Shown here piece by piece: positions 11,889-25,100 of a stretch of DNA of 64,000 nt. Within the stretch, counting starts at the first letter, position 1. Each line of letters starts with the position of its first letter. The notes beneath the pieces are model-generated. The model had not been told where the DNA came from. It was given only the letters and a program-made list of their open reading frames with translations, and ran no database searches. Both the position numbers and the translations under genes were made by a program. This DNA comes from Phyllobates terribilis (lineage: Eukaryota): positions 2,976,001 through 3,040,000 of the forward strand of contig NW_027362816.1 in assembly GCF_046119375.1 (NCBI RefSeq), given 5' to 3'.

Positions 11889-13152
11889 CATTTCCCACAT
11901 TCTGAACATGAAAAAGGCTTCTTCCCTGTGTGGGCTTTCTGGTGGCTATCAAGATACTCTTTCCGAATAAAACATTTCCCACATTCTGAACATGAAAAAG
12001 GCTTCTCCCCGGTGTGGGTTCTCTGATGTTTGAGAAGATTTGATTTGTCTGTAAAACATTTCCCACATTCTGAACATGAAAAAGGCTTCTCCCCTGTGTG
12101 GGTTTTCTGGTGGTTATTAAGATGCGCTTTCCGCATAAAACATTTCCCACATTCTGAACATGAATATGGCTTCTCCCCTGTGTGAGTTTTCACATGCTCA
12201 ATAAGATTTGTTCTCTGATAAAAACATTTCCCACATTCTGAACATGAAAAACGCTTCTCCTCTGTGTGGGTTCTCTGGTGTCGATCAAGATCCGCTTTCT
12301 GAATAAAACATTTCCCACATTCTGAACATGAAAAAGGCTTCTCCTCTGTATGGGTTTTCTGGTGGTTATTAAGATGCGCTTTCCGCATAAAACATTTCCC
12401 ACATTCTGAACATGAATATGGCTTCTCCCCTGTGTGAGTTTTCACATGCTCAATAAGATTTGATCTCTGATAAAAACATTTCCCACATTCTGAACATGAA
12501 AAAGGCTTCTCTGTGTGGGTTCTCTGGTGTCGATCAAGATCCGCTTTCCGAATAAAACATTTCCCACATTCTGAACATAAAAAAGGCTTCTCCCCTGTGT
12601 GGGTTTTCTGGTGGTTATCAAGGTGCTCTTTCCGAATAAAACATTTCCCACATTCTGAACATGAAAAAGGCTCCTTCCCTTTGTGGGTTTTCTGGTGGTT
12701 ATCAAGATACTCTTTCCGAATAAAACATTTCCCACATTCTGAACATGAAAAAGGCTTCTCCCCGGTGTGGGTTCTCTGATGTTTGAGAAGATTTGATTTG
12801 TCTGTAAAACATTTCCCACATTCTGAACATGAATATGGCTTCTCCCCTGTGTGAATTCTCTGATGTATAACAAGATCTGATTTACGATTAAAATGTTTAC
12901 AACATTCTGAACATGATAATGGCTTCACCCCTGAGTGAGCTCTCCGCTCCTTAGCTCCCTTTCTGTGCTCAACATTCTGTAATGAATCAGAAGATAGGAC
13001 CACTTGACCATAAAATAGATCTTTTCTGTGAAGGGCTGATGTTATATCTGAAGCAATGGCATGCTCTTCATATGTATCTGGTGTGATACCATGATCATCT
13101 GCTTTCAAATCTGAGGATATCATATGTCTTTCTGAGTTCATGGTAAAGGCAT
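11876..13152 (-). CDS. Zinc-finger exon of gene A (12 complete C2H2 fingers plus a truncated 13th)
   Basis: ORF 11876..13174 with CSECGKCF-x8-H-x3-H repeats and TGEKP linkers. Acceptor TTCTTGGCAG|AT at 13152. Confidence 0.95.
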
Positions 13153-16100
13153 CTGCCAAGAATAAAACAAACATATTTGTAATAATGTAACTGTATATTT
13201 ATATTGTTAATGTTATATTTATTAGGATTTCTATATGAAATAGCAAAATTCAGTTATTAACCAACTAAAAGTGTGATGCCAAAATAGATCTCAATCTATC
13301 GATAGAGCAAGATACTGATATTAAGACACTACACAGTTTTTCAGCAGTTTTCTGATTTCAGTGTTGATCCTTAAATGCACTTTAGCAGAGCAGGGCAGCG
13401 TGGTGGAGCAGGGCAGCGTGGTGGAGCAGGGAAGCGCGGTGGAGCAGGGCAGCGCGGTGGAGCAGGGCAGCGCGATGGAGCAGGGCAGCGCGATGGAGCA
13501 GGGCAGCACGGTGGGGCAGGGCAGCGCGGTGGAGCAGGGCAGCGCGGTGGAGCAGTATGGTAATGAACAGTAAAGGCCTGACATTAAACCAGATGCAAGC
13601 CTGAATTTATTAATTTATGTGCAATGACAATCTAAAATTATGTCATTCAGTCGAGGCGGAGTAGGAATTTTGTTACACAGCCACCATCTGCCTTTAGCAG
13701 TAGTGGCTGAGTGGCATTTAAATAGTTAGGTACACATTGCTTCCCCCCATGAGTTATTATTGCAGCTGTGGGTCTGGTAAAGTCCCCCGTGGCTGCCATG
13801 TTGGTCCCCAGTGGCTCCCAATGCGCGGACTGTGTACAGAAGACACTGACTGTATGACTGTATGATGTCAGCCAGGTGCGTTTCATTCTGAAATTCTGCG
13901 GCGTTTTAGAGAAATTCATACTTTAATAGACTAGTCGGACAGGCGGGTTCCCGGCGGCTTCTCTCTGCCCGCTGTCTTAGATTGACAGGCCTCTGCCTAC
14001 GTGATCTATTACTTGTATATGGGGAATTATTTTTGCATAACGAGCTGTGGTTTTTAATGGTGTTTTTTTTTGTGTTTTGGTCACTTTTTGATTTTTTTTT
14101 TTATTATGCAGAATAAGTAAAAGCTGCAATTCAGACAGTTTCTCTTTTTTTTTTAATTCTGTTCATCGTGCTACATAAATATTGAAATAGTTTTATACAT
14201 ACAACTTGTTATGAAAATGGTGATACCAAATATGCCAGGTTTGTTTTTCTTCTTTCAAATTAAGCTATTTTTTTATTGGCAGCATTGGCCATTTGGGGAT
14301 TTTTTTCTTGCATTGTTTAACACTTTTTTTAGACTTTATTTACAGAATAATATAATTAATTATTGAGATAATACAGTGCGGAACCACAAAATTTCACCCA
14401 GCATTTCAATTTTTGTTCTCAGATTTTTCATTATAAAGTCTTACTGATAACAGGATTATGACCGCACCCTGAGAGAGGGGATCCGCCCTTCAAGGACAGG
14501 AAACCTACAGGCTTAAAAGGTTGGCACCTCTCCTCCGCATCAGTTGGATTACAGCGCGTGATAGGACCTCCATTGGTTGTTGCCAAAACACAAATCTTAC
14601 CCGCACCACAAATCACAACTAAAACGGTGAACTTATAACACTAGTGAAAGAAGTGCTCACGCACACGTGACAGGAGGGATTATAAGGGTGCTGTCATGGG
14701 TTCTGAAAAAAATCATAAGACTCACCCATGACGGCACCATGACAGAATTATAGAGAAAATTAAGAATTTAGGGAGGGACCACAGCCTGGAGCACCCTTCT
14801 TTCAAAGGTGAGGCCATGCCATCAAATGAAGATTGGCTACTTGTGGATGGTGAATTAGCCCCAGAAAGGAGATTTGGAATCTGCGGGAGGACCCACAAGT
14901 CAGTGACAGACATTGTCCTCAACCATGAAAAGCCCCTGACATGATGGTAGTCTTCATAGGAGTCTTCTTACTGCCAACTCAACTGCAAGTAATTCCTTCA
15001 AGTTTGAAGAACAAAAAACTCTCTTGTCCCCGTCCAAAAGCCCTGGTTTACTACGTCTACTACGGAGCCCACCTGGACAGATTAGTGACACTCAGCCACC
15101 AAAGAAGGGACTGCATTGACATTGGGGATAGCATCAACCTTCCTTCCAGGTGTCCTCTAAAGGAAATGTAATTTCTTAACACATCCTACTGCAAGGCTCT
15201 AGTATGGAACTGGGCTCACAAGACTGCCGGAAGGCACAAAGTTAGAAACCTAGAAGGGACATAGCGCTTCTAAGGGACAGGATGGGGAATTTCAGGGCCC
15301 TTAACATCTGGCCTCGGATCTTTTCTTTTTTATCGCCTGGGAAATGATACTTCTGCACCTCTGAGTCCAGCAGTAGCCCCAAATATTACTGTATTTTTAG
15401 GGGCTCTATCTTTGACTTTTTAAGGTTCAATAGCCAACCTAAACATTCTTAGGTGGATATCACTTCCTGTAACTGACTAGTGCAATGCCAGGTCGAATTG
15501 CCTACAACCAGAAAATTATACAAATACAGGATAATCAATACATTCTTCTCCCGGAGACGGGCCATCACCTCTTCTGGGAAGAGTAACTTTATTGCAGATT
15601 TTACATATTCCATTTTGAATGAAAGGATTCTCAGGAATTTAATAAAGCCCTTCAAATGTATTATCATCCTGAAAGAGCAGTTTGGTTTCTTGATTAGAAA
15701 GAGAGGGGATTAAAATCCCTTCCCTCTTTCTGACACTGAAACTTCTAATAGGACAGCCTTCTGCACCAGCTGAGACTTTGGCCTCTGGGCCCGTTGCCCT
15801 GCTGACAAAGACCTAGAGGGAATTACCACGAATCTTCCATGCGGGATTGAGCGGAACTCCATTTCTAGACCGGATTTTATCAGGCCGAGAATCCAACTGT
15901 TTCCCGATATTTTTTCCCAGGCCGGGAAGAAGGACGAAAGTCTCCCCCCACCTGGGCTGGAAATCACTGACTTTTTTGGAATCCTGGGAAGAGGTTCCGA
16001 ACATGAAGCTGCTACCTTTTCTTCTTTGATCTTTCCATTTGTCTTGATCTGTGGAGGTCTTCCTTCAATTCAACCTTCTTTTCCGGAAGGATCGCTTGCA

Positions 16101-19100
16101 GGCTGGGATGGACAAGTTAGGATATCCCTTTTTAGCATTGCAAGCCTTTTCCAAAGCTGGGCCAAACAGGTGTTCCCCCTCACACGGAATGGCACACAGT
16201 CTCATTCTAGCCTGGAGTTTCCCTGGCCAACATTTTAACCATAAGTGTTTGAAATGTCTGCTGACCTTGCCGCTAAACAAACTTGAATCAGCCGAAGCGA
16301 AGATAGAAAAGCTGCAGCCCCTCGCATAAGTGGGACAGTGGCCAAGATATTGTGTCTTGACATAGTCTTGACATTGTGTCTTTTAACTGGGTTTCCAGAT
16401 GATCCAACCAGATGATTAAGGATCTGGCTGTACATGTAACAGCCATTGTTGGCTCTAGAGCACCAGTCAACATCTCCAATGTACATCTAAGCCGCCTTTA
16501 CTATGGCCGCATCCAGTTTTGGGGCTTTGTCCCTGTTTGACAAGGAAGGCTCATCCAAGGGATATTGTCACGGGTGTGTCGCCACGAAGATCGTCACGAT
16601 TACACAGCCTGACTTCTCGCAGCTGAGTTTTTGGTGTTTTGTGTTTTTCGGCAGTGAGAGAGTTAACTCTCTCTCTCTGTGCTAGACAAGGTCCAGCCTC
16701 GCCCAGCTGCAATCAATGCTGCAGTAGTGGGACTCCTTCAAATGCCTGCCGGTCTGTTAGGGTAGTGTCGGTGAAAGCATTTCATACAGACAAACAGAGC
16801 GGATCGTGGTATTTTGGAGTTCTGAGCTAAGTGTATTTGGTGTGGTTTTTCCCTTCCTCGCTTTATCATTTATCTCCTTTCCCGTTGGTGTTCCCTCTGT
16901 TGTTGTGGTGTAGTTTTTGTATACAAGGTGGTTTTTGGTTTAACCCTTGTACTGTCTCGTTCATCTAAGTACTGAGTGTTGGCATATTATTTCCTGTTCC
17001 CTATTGTTGTGATCGGGGTCCTTCTCAGGACCTCCTGTACGCAGAGACAGCGTGACATTTTCACCGACCCACTAAGATGCTCTCCAGCTACCATGGATCC
17101 AGTAGCCGGTCTAGCTCGGCAGTTGCAGAGTTTGTCCATGGAGCTGGCGGACGTTAGGTCCAAGGTTTTGTATCCCCAAGAGCAAGCAGGACCAGAACCT
17201 AAAGTAGCTCTCCCTGACAGGTTCACTGGGGGGCGGGACAAGTTTTTTTGTTTTCCGGGAGGCATGCAAGTTGTACTTTCGGCTGCGGCCTCGGTCATCG
17301 GGGAGTGAAGAACAAAGGGTGGGAATTGTCATCTCGCTCCTACAAGGGACCCACAATCTTGGGCATTCTCTCTTCCCCCGGGCTCCCCGGCTCTCCAGTC
17401 AGTGGATAGGTTTTTTGCAGCTCTGGGTCTCGTATATGATGACCCGGATCGGATCTCCCTTGCTGAATCTAAGTTACGTAGGATCCAGCAGGGAGATCGT
17501 CCGACGGAGGAATTCTGTTCGGAGTTCCGTAGGTGGGCCACGGACACCCAGTGGAATGACCCGGCTCTTAGGAGCCAGTTTTGTCAAGGTTTATCCGACA
17601 AATTAAAGGATGTTTTGGCACAGTATGACCCTCCCGCGTCACTGGAAGCCGTTATGGCCCTTGCTATTCGCATTGACAGACGGCTTCGGGAGAGGTGCGG
17701 GGTAACTCCACCCTCTGTGATGACTCCACCTTCTACAGGTGTTCCTTATATGGAGGGTTCCCTGGTCAGTCCAGAGGAGCCTATGCAATTAGGAGGGACA
17801 TCATTTCGGGGGAGGGGACCGGTGGTGCGCCATAAGACAGGAAGGTGTTTCTTCTGCGGGAGAAAGGGACATTTTATTGGGGAGTGTCCATCCCGTCCCT
17901 TGCAGAGTGAAGAGTCGTCGGAAAACTGTTGATCCCAGGTTGTGTGGTGGACGGCAATCTGGGAGTAGGTATTTCGTCCCTAGGTTCATCTCAGTTTCTC
18001 GTACCGGCGGAGGTGGTGGTGGGTACGAGAACTGAGAGGATATCTGTTCTTCTGGATAGTGGTGCCGGGGCTAATCTGGTGGACGCTCGGTTTGCCCGGG
18101 TTCAAGGTATGTGATTGAGTGAATTGGCTAAACCCATCCCCATATTCTCGATTGATGCCAGGCCCCTCGGTCAGGGAAGTTTTTTGCAATCTGTGCATAA
18201 CGTAAAACTTCAAGTGGGGGCTATACATAAAGAACTGTTGTCTTGCTACGTATTGGAGGGTCTTTCCACTCCTATAGTGTTGGGCCTTCCTTGGTTAATT
18301 ATGCATAACCCGGTTATTAATTGGCAATCCAGAGAGATAAGCCAATGGAGTAAATTCTGTAATAAAAACTGCATGAATACGGTCATCGGTGCGGTTACTC
18401 CTAGGGTCTTACCTCCATTTCTGGCGGACTTTGAGGATGTACTCTCGGAGAAAGGGTGTCAGGAACTACCTCCTCATCGCGAGTATGACTGTTCTGTAAA
18501 ACTGCTCCCTGAGGCCAAGTTACCTAAAGCTAGGTTGTATAACCTTTCTGGTCCTGAGAGGCAGGCCATGAAGGATTATATTTCTGAAAGTCTGGCTAAG
18601 GGGCATATTAGACCTTCATCTTCCCCGGTGGCCGCGGGGTTCTTCTTTGTGAAGAAGAAAGATGGAGGCCTACGCCCTTGCCTGGATTTCGGTGAACTTA
18701 ATCGGATTAAGGTCCGAGATCCGTATTTGCTCCCACTTATTCCCGATCTCTTTAATCAGATCGTGGGCGCCAAATGGTTCTCTAAGTTGGATCTCGGGGG
18801 GCGTACAATCTGATTAGGATGAAGGAGGGGGATGAGTGGAAGACGGCGTTTAACACTCCGGAGGGGCATTATGAGAACCTTGTCATGCCATTCGGTCTGA
18901 CTAATGCCCCGGCGGTGTTCCAACACTTTGTTAATGACATTTTTCGCCGCCTGGTGGGACAGTTTGTTGTCATATATCTGGATGATATCTTAATTTACTC
19001 GCCGGATCTGGTGTCTCATCAGGAGCACGTTAGGCAGGTGTTACAGATCTTGCGGGATAATAAACTGTATGCCAAATGGGAAAAGTGTGTGTTCGCCGTA

Positions 19101-22100
19101 CAGGAACTCCAGGCTTCCTGGTTTCAGCGTCCGGTTTTCGTATGGACCCTGGGAAAGTGCGGGCAGTTCTTGAGTGGGATCTGCCATAGAATCTTAAGGC
19201 ACTACAACGTTTCCTGGGGTTTGCTAATTATTACCGGAAGTTCATTCGTAATTTCTCGTCCATGGTTAAACCTCTCATAGACATGACAAAAAAGGGGACG
19301 GATTTTTCTAGGTGGTCTGACAAGGCTTGTCAAGCTTTCTCCTCCTTGAAAAAAGTTTTGCCTCGGCACCCATAATCATTCAACCTGATGCGTCACAGCC
19401 ATTCATTGTAGAGGTAGACGCTTCCGAGGTAGGGGTGGGAGCAGTATTGTCACAAGGTTCGTCCCCTGGTAAGTGGCATCCGTGCGCCTTTTTCTCTAAA
19501 AAATTGTCGTCCGCTGAGAGGAATTACGATGTCGGCAATAGGGAACTCTTGGCCATTAAGCTAGCTTTTGAGGAGTGGCGCCATTTTTTGGAGGGGGCAG
19601 TCCATCCGGTCACCGTCATCACCGATCACAAGAACCTGCTATATCTGGAGTCCGCAAAACGTCTGAATCCCAGACAAGCCAGGTGGTCGTTGTTTTTTAC
19701 CAGGTTTAATTTTGTCGTTACATATCGTCCTGGGTCAAAAAATGTGAAGGCGGATGCCTTATCTCGTAGTTTCCCTGGGGCCGGGAATACGGATGACCCG
19801 GTTCCTATCCTTCAAGAGGGGGTGGTGGTGTCGGTAGTATGCTCTGAGCTTGAGGAGGAGGTATTGGAGGCTCAGGGGGATGCCCCTGTTGGACCTCCAG
19901 GGAGACTGTTTGTTCCAGATCAGTTACGACAAAAGGTGATCGAGGCACACCATAACTCAGCTTTGGCAAGACACCCAGGGAGTAAAGCAACTGTGGATCT
20001 ACTCTCGCGTCGGTTTTGGTGGCCTAACTTACATATAGAGGTGGTAAATTTTGTTGCGTCCTGTGGGGTTTGTGCGCGCTCTAAGACCCCACATACCCGT
20101 CCGTCTGGGGCCATCTTACCTTTGAAGATCCCGGAGCGTCCTTGGACTCATCTGTCTATGGACTTTATTACGGACCTCCTGCCGTCTTCGGGTAAAACGG
20201 TCATTCTCGTTGTAGTAGACAGGTTCAGCAAGATGGCACATTTTATCGCTCTTCCTGCTCTTCCAAATGCTAAAACTCTTGCGCAGGTGTTCATTGGGGA
20301 GATTGTGAGGCTTCACGGGGTACCCTCCGATGTGGTGTCGGATCGGGGGTCTCAGTTTGTGTCCAAGTTCTGGAAGGCATTTTGTACTCGGCGGGGGATG
20401 CATTTATCGTTCTCATCGGCTTTTCATCCTCAGACCAATGGTAGACGGAACGTCTGAACCAGAGTTTGGAGACATATCTCCAGTGTTTTGTGTCAGAGAA
20501 CCAGGAGGACTGGGCTTCTTTCTTACCTCTGGCAGAGTTTGCTCTTAATAATAGGCGGAGCGAGTCCACTGGTAAGTCCCCGTTTTTTGGGGCATATGGT
20601 TTTCACCCCCAGTTTTGTACTTTCAGTAGGGGGGCTCTTCGGGGGTTCCTGAGGAGGAACGATTTTCCTCATCACTCACTTCAGTATGGAGAGGGGTGCT
20701 GAAGAATCTGAATACTATGGGGAACCGATACAAACGTATGGCTGATAGGAGGAGAGTGTCTGGTCCGGACCTAAGTGTGAACGATCGGGTATGGTTGTCT
20801 ACCAGGTATATAAAACTTAAGGTTTCCTCCTGGAAACTGGGTCCCAGGTTCATCGGGCCATACAGGATCAGTTCTATAATTAATCCAGTGGCATTCCATC
20901 TTGACCTCCCCCCTACGTTTAAAATTCACAATGTGTTCCACAGATCGTTGCTTAAGAGGTATGTGGCGCCGGTGATACCGTCACCTTTACCTCCCCCTCC
21001 AGTGGTGGTCAATGGTAACTTGGAGTTCCAGGTATCAAAGGTCATCGATTCACGCTTTAATCGCCGGTCCCTTCAGTACCTGGTTCATTGGAAGGGGTAT
21101 GGTCCTGAGGAGAGGATGTGGGTTCCTGCGTCGGATATTAACGCAGACCGATTAGTTCGGGCCTTCCACACGACTCACCCGGATAAACCTGGCCCTGAGG
21201 GTCCGGAGGCCCCTCGTAGAAGGGGGGGTACTGTCACGGGTGTGTCGCCACGAAGATCATCACGATTACACAGCCTGACTTCTCGCAGCTGAGTTTTTGG
21301 TGTTTTGTGTTTTTCGGCAGTGAGGGAGTTAACTCTCTCTCTCTGTGCTAGACGAGGTCCAGCCTCGCCCAGCTGCAATCAATGCTGCAGTAGTGGGACT
21401 CCTTCAAATGCCTGCCGGTCTGTTAGGGAAGTGTCGGTGAAAGCATTTCATACAGACAAACAGAGCGGATCGTGGTATTTTGGAGTTCTGAGCTAAGTGT
21501 ATTTGGTGTGGTTTTTCCCTTCCTCGCTTTATCATTTATCTCCTTTCCCGTTGGTGTTCCCTCTGTTGTTGTGGTGTAGTTTTTGTATGCAAGGTGGTTT
21601 TTGTTTTAACCCTTGTACTGTCTCGTTCGTCTAAGTACTGAGTGTTGGCATATTATTTCCTGTTCCCTATTGTTGTGATCGGGGTCCTTCTCAGGACTAG
21701 ATTACTGAGGTGCAGGGATCCTCAGGAGGTAGGGGTTACGCTGGCGGCCTGGACCTCTGTACCTTTAACAGTACCTCCAGGTAGAGGGATTAGTCAGGGC
21801 CCCAGCTTAGGGTCAGTTTAGGCCCCAGACCTCCTGTACGCAGAGACAGCGTGACAGATATCTCCTCTTAATTGATGGGGAAAGGGAGCCTCTCTTTTCC
21901 ATTCCCTCTAAATTATTTTTTCATTCATAGGAAATGACCTATGCTTTTTTTGTTCCAAGCCTCCAAACATAATGTCCTGAACTGATTTCTCGAGTTTGGA
22001 CTCGACTATCCCCATTGTGGTCCAAACTGCCTTTACGAGTTTGTCCATCTCATCTATAGGAAAACAAAGATGGCCAGCATTACCGTCTGAGGAGGATTCG

Positions 22101-25100
22101 TCATCATTATTTGAAAAGCTAGACACATGCAACCCCGGGACCACTGGCTAGCCCTTTTACTCTTCTTACCTCTATGAACCTCTTCCTGGGAAAGGGATTT
22201 AAGGGACTTCCGCCATGATAATTGATCTTAAATCGGTGGCAGAGTTAGTGGTCTCCTCCGCTACTGTCTGCTCTATACAATACTGGCAAAGTTTTTTTTT
22301 GGTTGGAGTCAGGCAGTAGATTTCTGCAAAGTGCACACTCCTTGTGCTTAGACTTTGCTGTACACTTCTTTCCCTGGCAATAACTGACAAAAAAGGGAAA
22401 GGCTACATCACTGAGTGAGCTTTCACAAAGATCACTTACCAGTGTGAGGCAATCATATAGTACGAGATTTAGAGGGGAACCCACCTCAGCCAAAAGACCA
22501 TCTTTAGAGGCCGAAAACGCGTCTACTTTCCTGGAGCTCCTCTGTCTGCATTCGCCACTGCCTGCAGACCTCTGTCTCTCACAGACACTGCCACCAAAAC
22601 TACTGCTACGGGGTCGACGCTGCTCCGCCTGCTTCTGGGGCTTCTTATCAGGCTGCTGCTGCTCAGTGATATCCGTTATTCTGGAGGGAACAATGAGCAA
22701 GGAAGCACCGATCCATGCTCCTGCCGTCATTTAGATGCCGGAGAAACGCTATTCCCCACCTCTCCAGACCCTTCCGGAACCCCCGGTTCCCACACACTTC
22801 CGGTCAAGCGGCTCACGCTTCATCCAGGCATGCCCCAGTTGTGCAATCTGGTCATGCCCTGGCCGCTGCTAAAATGCTGTTCAGGCGCATCCTGGCATCG
22901 AACATGCCTTCTTCGCATCAGAGAGGCGCGCCTTCAGACCGGAAAACGCCAGCTGGCGTGAATTCCAAGGAAGCAATGCACATGCAGCTGCCCTGTATCT
23001 CGCTTCCAGGCACGTGCCAACACCCGATGAGCCACGCTATCCTCGCCCAGGATGCTGCTCACCTGCGCCCGCACACAACCGTGAAAGTCCTCCTGGACCC
23101 ACTGTGGTGCTTCTAGGGACCCTGGACTGGCCAAGGCAGGGAAAATACCGCTGCCTGAACCGTCCGTCTGGGCCTGGGAAATGATCTTCCGGTACAAAGG
23201 TTCACTCATCAAGGACAGGAAAACAACTGATCTGTGGGAGAGGTGCTGCCCTTTTAAGCCTGTGGGTATCCTGTCCTTGGAGGACGAATCCCCTCTTGTG
23301 GTGCTGTCATGGGTGATCGATAAAATTCATTTTATATAATTCATCAATTATATTTTATTTTACATAATGCATCTGTGGCGCCCCTGCGGGTTCAGTCGCC
23401 ACAGGGGTACTGCATCTTACCCAGAGGTGTGGTATCTCACGCTCAGGTAAGGAAGGAGTACTGCCCAGGACCCTAACACCTCCATCCAACACTACACTAC
23501 TCCAGACCGGCAGGAGGTGCATGATGCGTCGCTTCCTGCTGAGCCCTGTCCGTGGCTGGAGTGGGGGGAACCAAAGTGAGGGGGAACCATGTAGTGGGTG
23601 TAGGTGGAGGAAGAAGTTCAGGGGAGCACTTGTTAGGGATAGTATATAGAGAGAAACCATCTTGAAGAGATCAGGTCAGTCAGAGGAGGACAGTGAGAGG
23701 AGCAGGAGCTCTGTAGAAGCTCTGCTCTGGAGGAGGGCCTAGCCAGAGAAGCACAAGGCTGGAGAGAGAGAGAGAGGAGCAGGAAAGGAATGTGGAATGG
23801 ACCCCAGGGGTACGGGTAGTGCTGGAGGCCACCCGTACGCCCGAATCTGCCAGGAGGTGGAGGGGTCAGGTCGCACAGAGAGGACCGGTCCCTAAACTAG
23901 CAGAGTTCTTTAAGCCTCAACTAGGAAACCGGAGGCTGCAGTATTTCAGGTACTGTAGCCACAAGCCACATCTAATCACCAGAAAGGTGGCCATAGAGGA
24001 CCCAGGGGACAGAGAAGACATCGCCCGGCAAGGTCCACGGCCACTGGCCTGAGACACTGGGTGTGAGGTGCAGGGAGACGGCCAGAGGGAACACACAGAA
24101 GGGGGTCCCGTTACGTACTCCGGAGAGACCTGGGAGCTTGCTGAACCCCTCCCTGAGTAAGCACAGAACGCCGTGGGAAGTTACTTTAGTACTGGTAACT
24201 GGAAGTCTAAGAAACAGTGAGTAAACCCTGAGGACTGCACCTTACTGTCTCTGTGATCATTATCTGCGCCATCCTCTGCACTACACCATAACAGCAACAT
24301 CTACACTGCCCTGGAGCTAAGCTCTACCTGTGGAGAGCTGAACCAACTCTGCTGCATTACCAACACCTCCAGAGGACCTGCTCCGCAGCGGCGGCTCCCT
24401 TTAGCCGCATACCACAGGTGGCGTCACAAACTGTATCTAAGAACTATAAATCCCCTGTAAATATTCCCTGTAAATATTCCCCTTTTGATTAACCGCCCTG
24501 GGTCACGGACCGGGTCACCGCCACTGTGACATCTCCCCTAGCAACGACCGGCCCGGCACCGTGTACCCCACGGCCCAGGGGGCGCGTCACATCTAGTAGT
24601 GCGGGCCTAGGTAAAATAGGAGGCAGGTCAGTGAAGGCACAGTGAGCTGCCATAAGAGCATACAGATGAATATGTAAGCAGCGCACCAGATAGAGCGCCT
24701 CTTACAGGCCGCCCCGAAGCATATCATTATCTCCAAACTGAAAGTAAAGATTACACAAGAACCACAAGATTTCATCAACCAAGGTATCGTATTAACCAGT
24801 GTAATGTCACCCACCAGACAGTGTATGTATTTTACTGAGCACAATCCTGCTGACAGGTGCGCTTTAAGTTGACCAACTCATTCCAGATATTTTTGACCTG
24901 CAGCACTTGCCACAAGAATAGTATCCATGTCGGTGTAACATAAAAGTCATTTAAGTGGCAGTATTCTTTAACCCCTTTACCCCCGAAGGCTGTTTGCACG
25001 TTAATGACAGGCAAATTTTTACAGTTCTGACCCAGTGTCACTTTATGAGGTAATAACTCTGGGACTCTTCAGCGAATCCCACTGATACCAAGACTGTTTT

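Larger units (their letters stand above)
16566..21856 (+). mobile_element. Full-length Ty3/Gypsy chromovirus (Tf1/sushi-like), defective
   Basis: 5' LTR 16566..17057, 3' LTR 21232..21856, TG..CA ends, TSD GATAT, PPT AGAAGGGGGGGTA before the 3' LTR. Gag with CCHC; PR (LLDSGA), RT (YLDD), RNase H, IN, chromodomain. Several stops and frameshifts. Confidence 0.97.
14455..23322 (-). mobile_element. DIRS (tyrosine-recombinase) retrotransposon remnant, interrupted by the Gypsy at 16566..21856
   Basis: Inverted termini (14458..14512 vs 23275..23322, core CCTGTCCTTG...ATCCCCTCT...GGTGC.GTCAT), ICR-like copies at 14685..14740, RT N-terminal motif GGRL..F...W..I (15710..15967), and gag-like fragments on both sides of the Gypsy. 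Confidence 0.8.

Noticed and set aside
11803-12873. Alternative-frame and antisense ORFs over the finger exons (also 37951..38907)
   Set aside because: These are shadow frames of the 84-bp finger repeat with no independent coding signal.
16976-21292. Domesticated PEG10/RTL1-like gene
   Set aside because: It is flanked by two LTRs with a TSD and carries several stops and frameshifts, so it is an ordinary retrotransposon copy.
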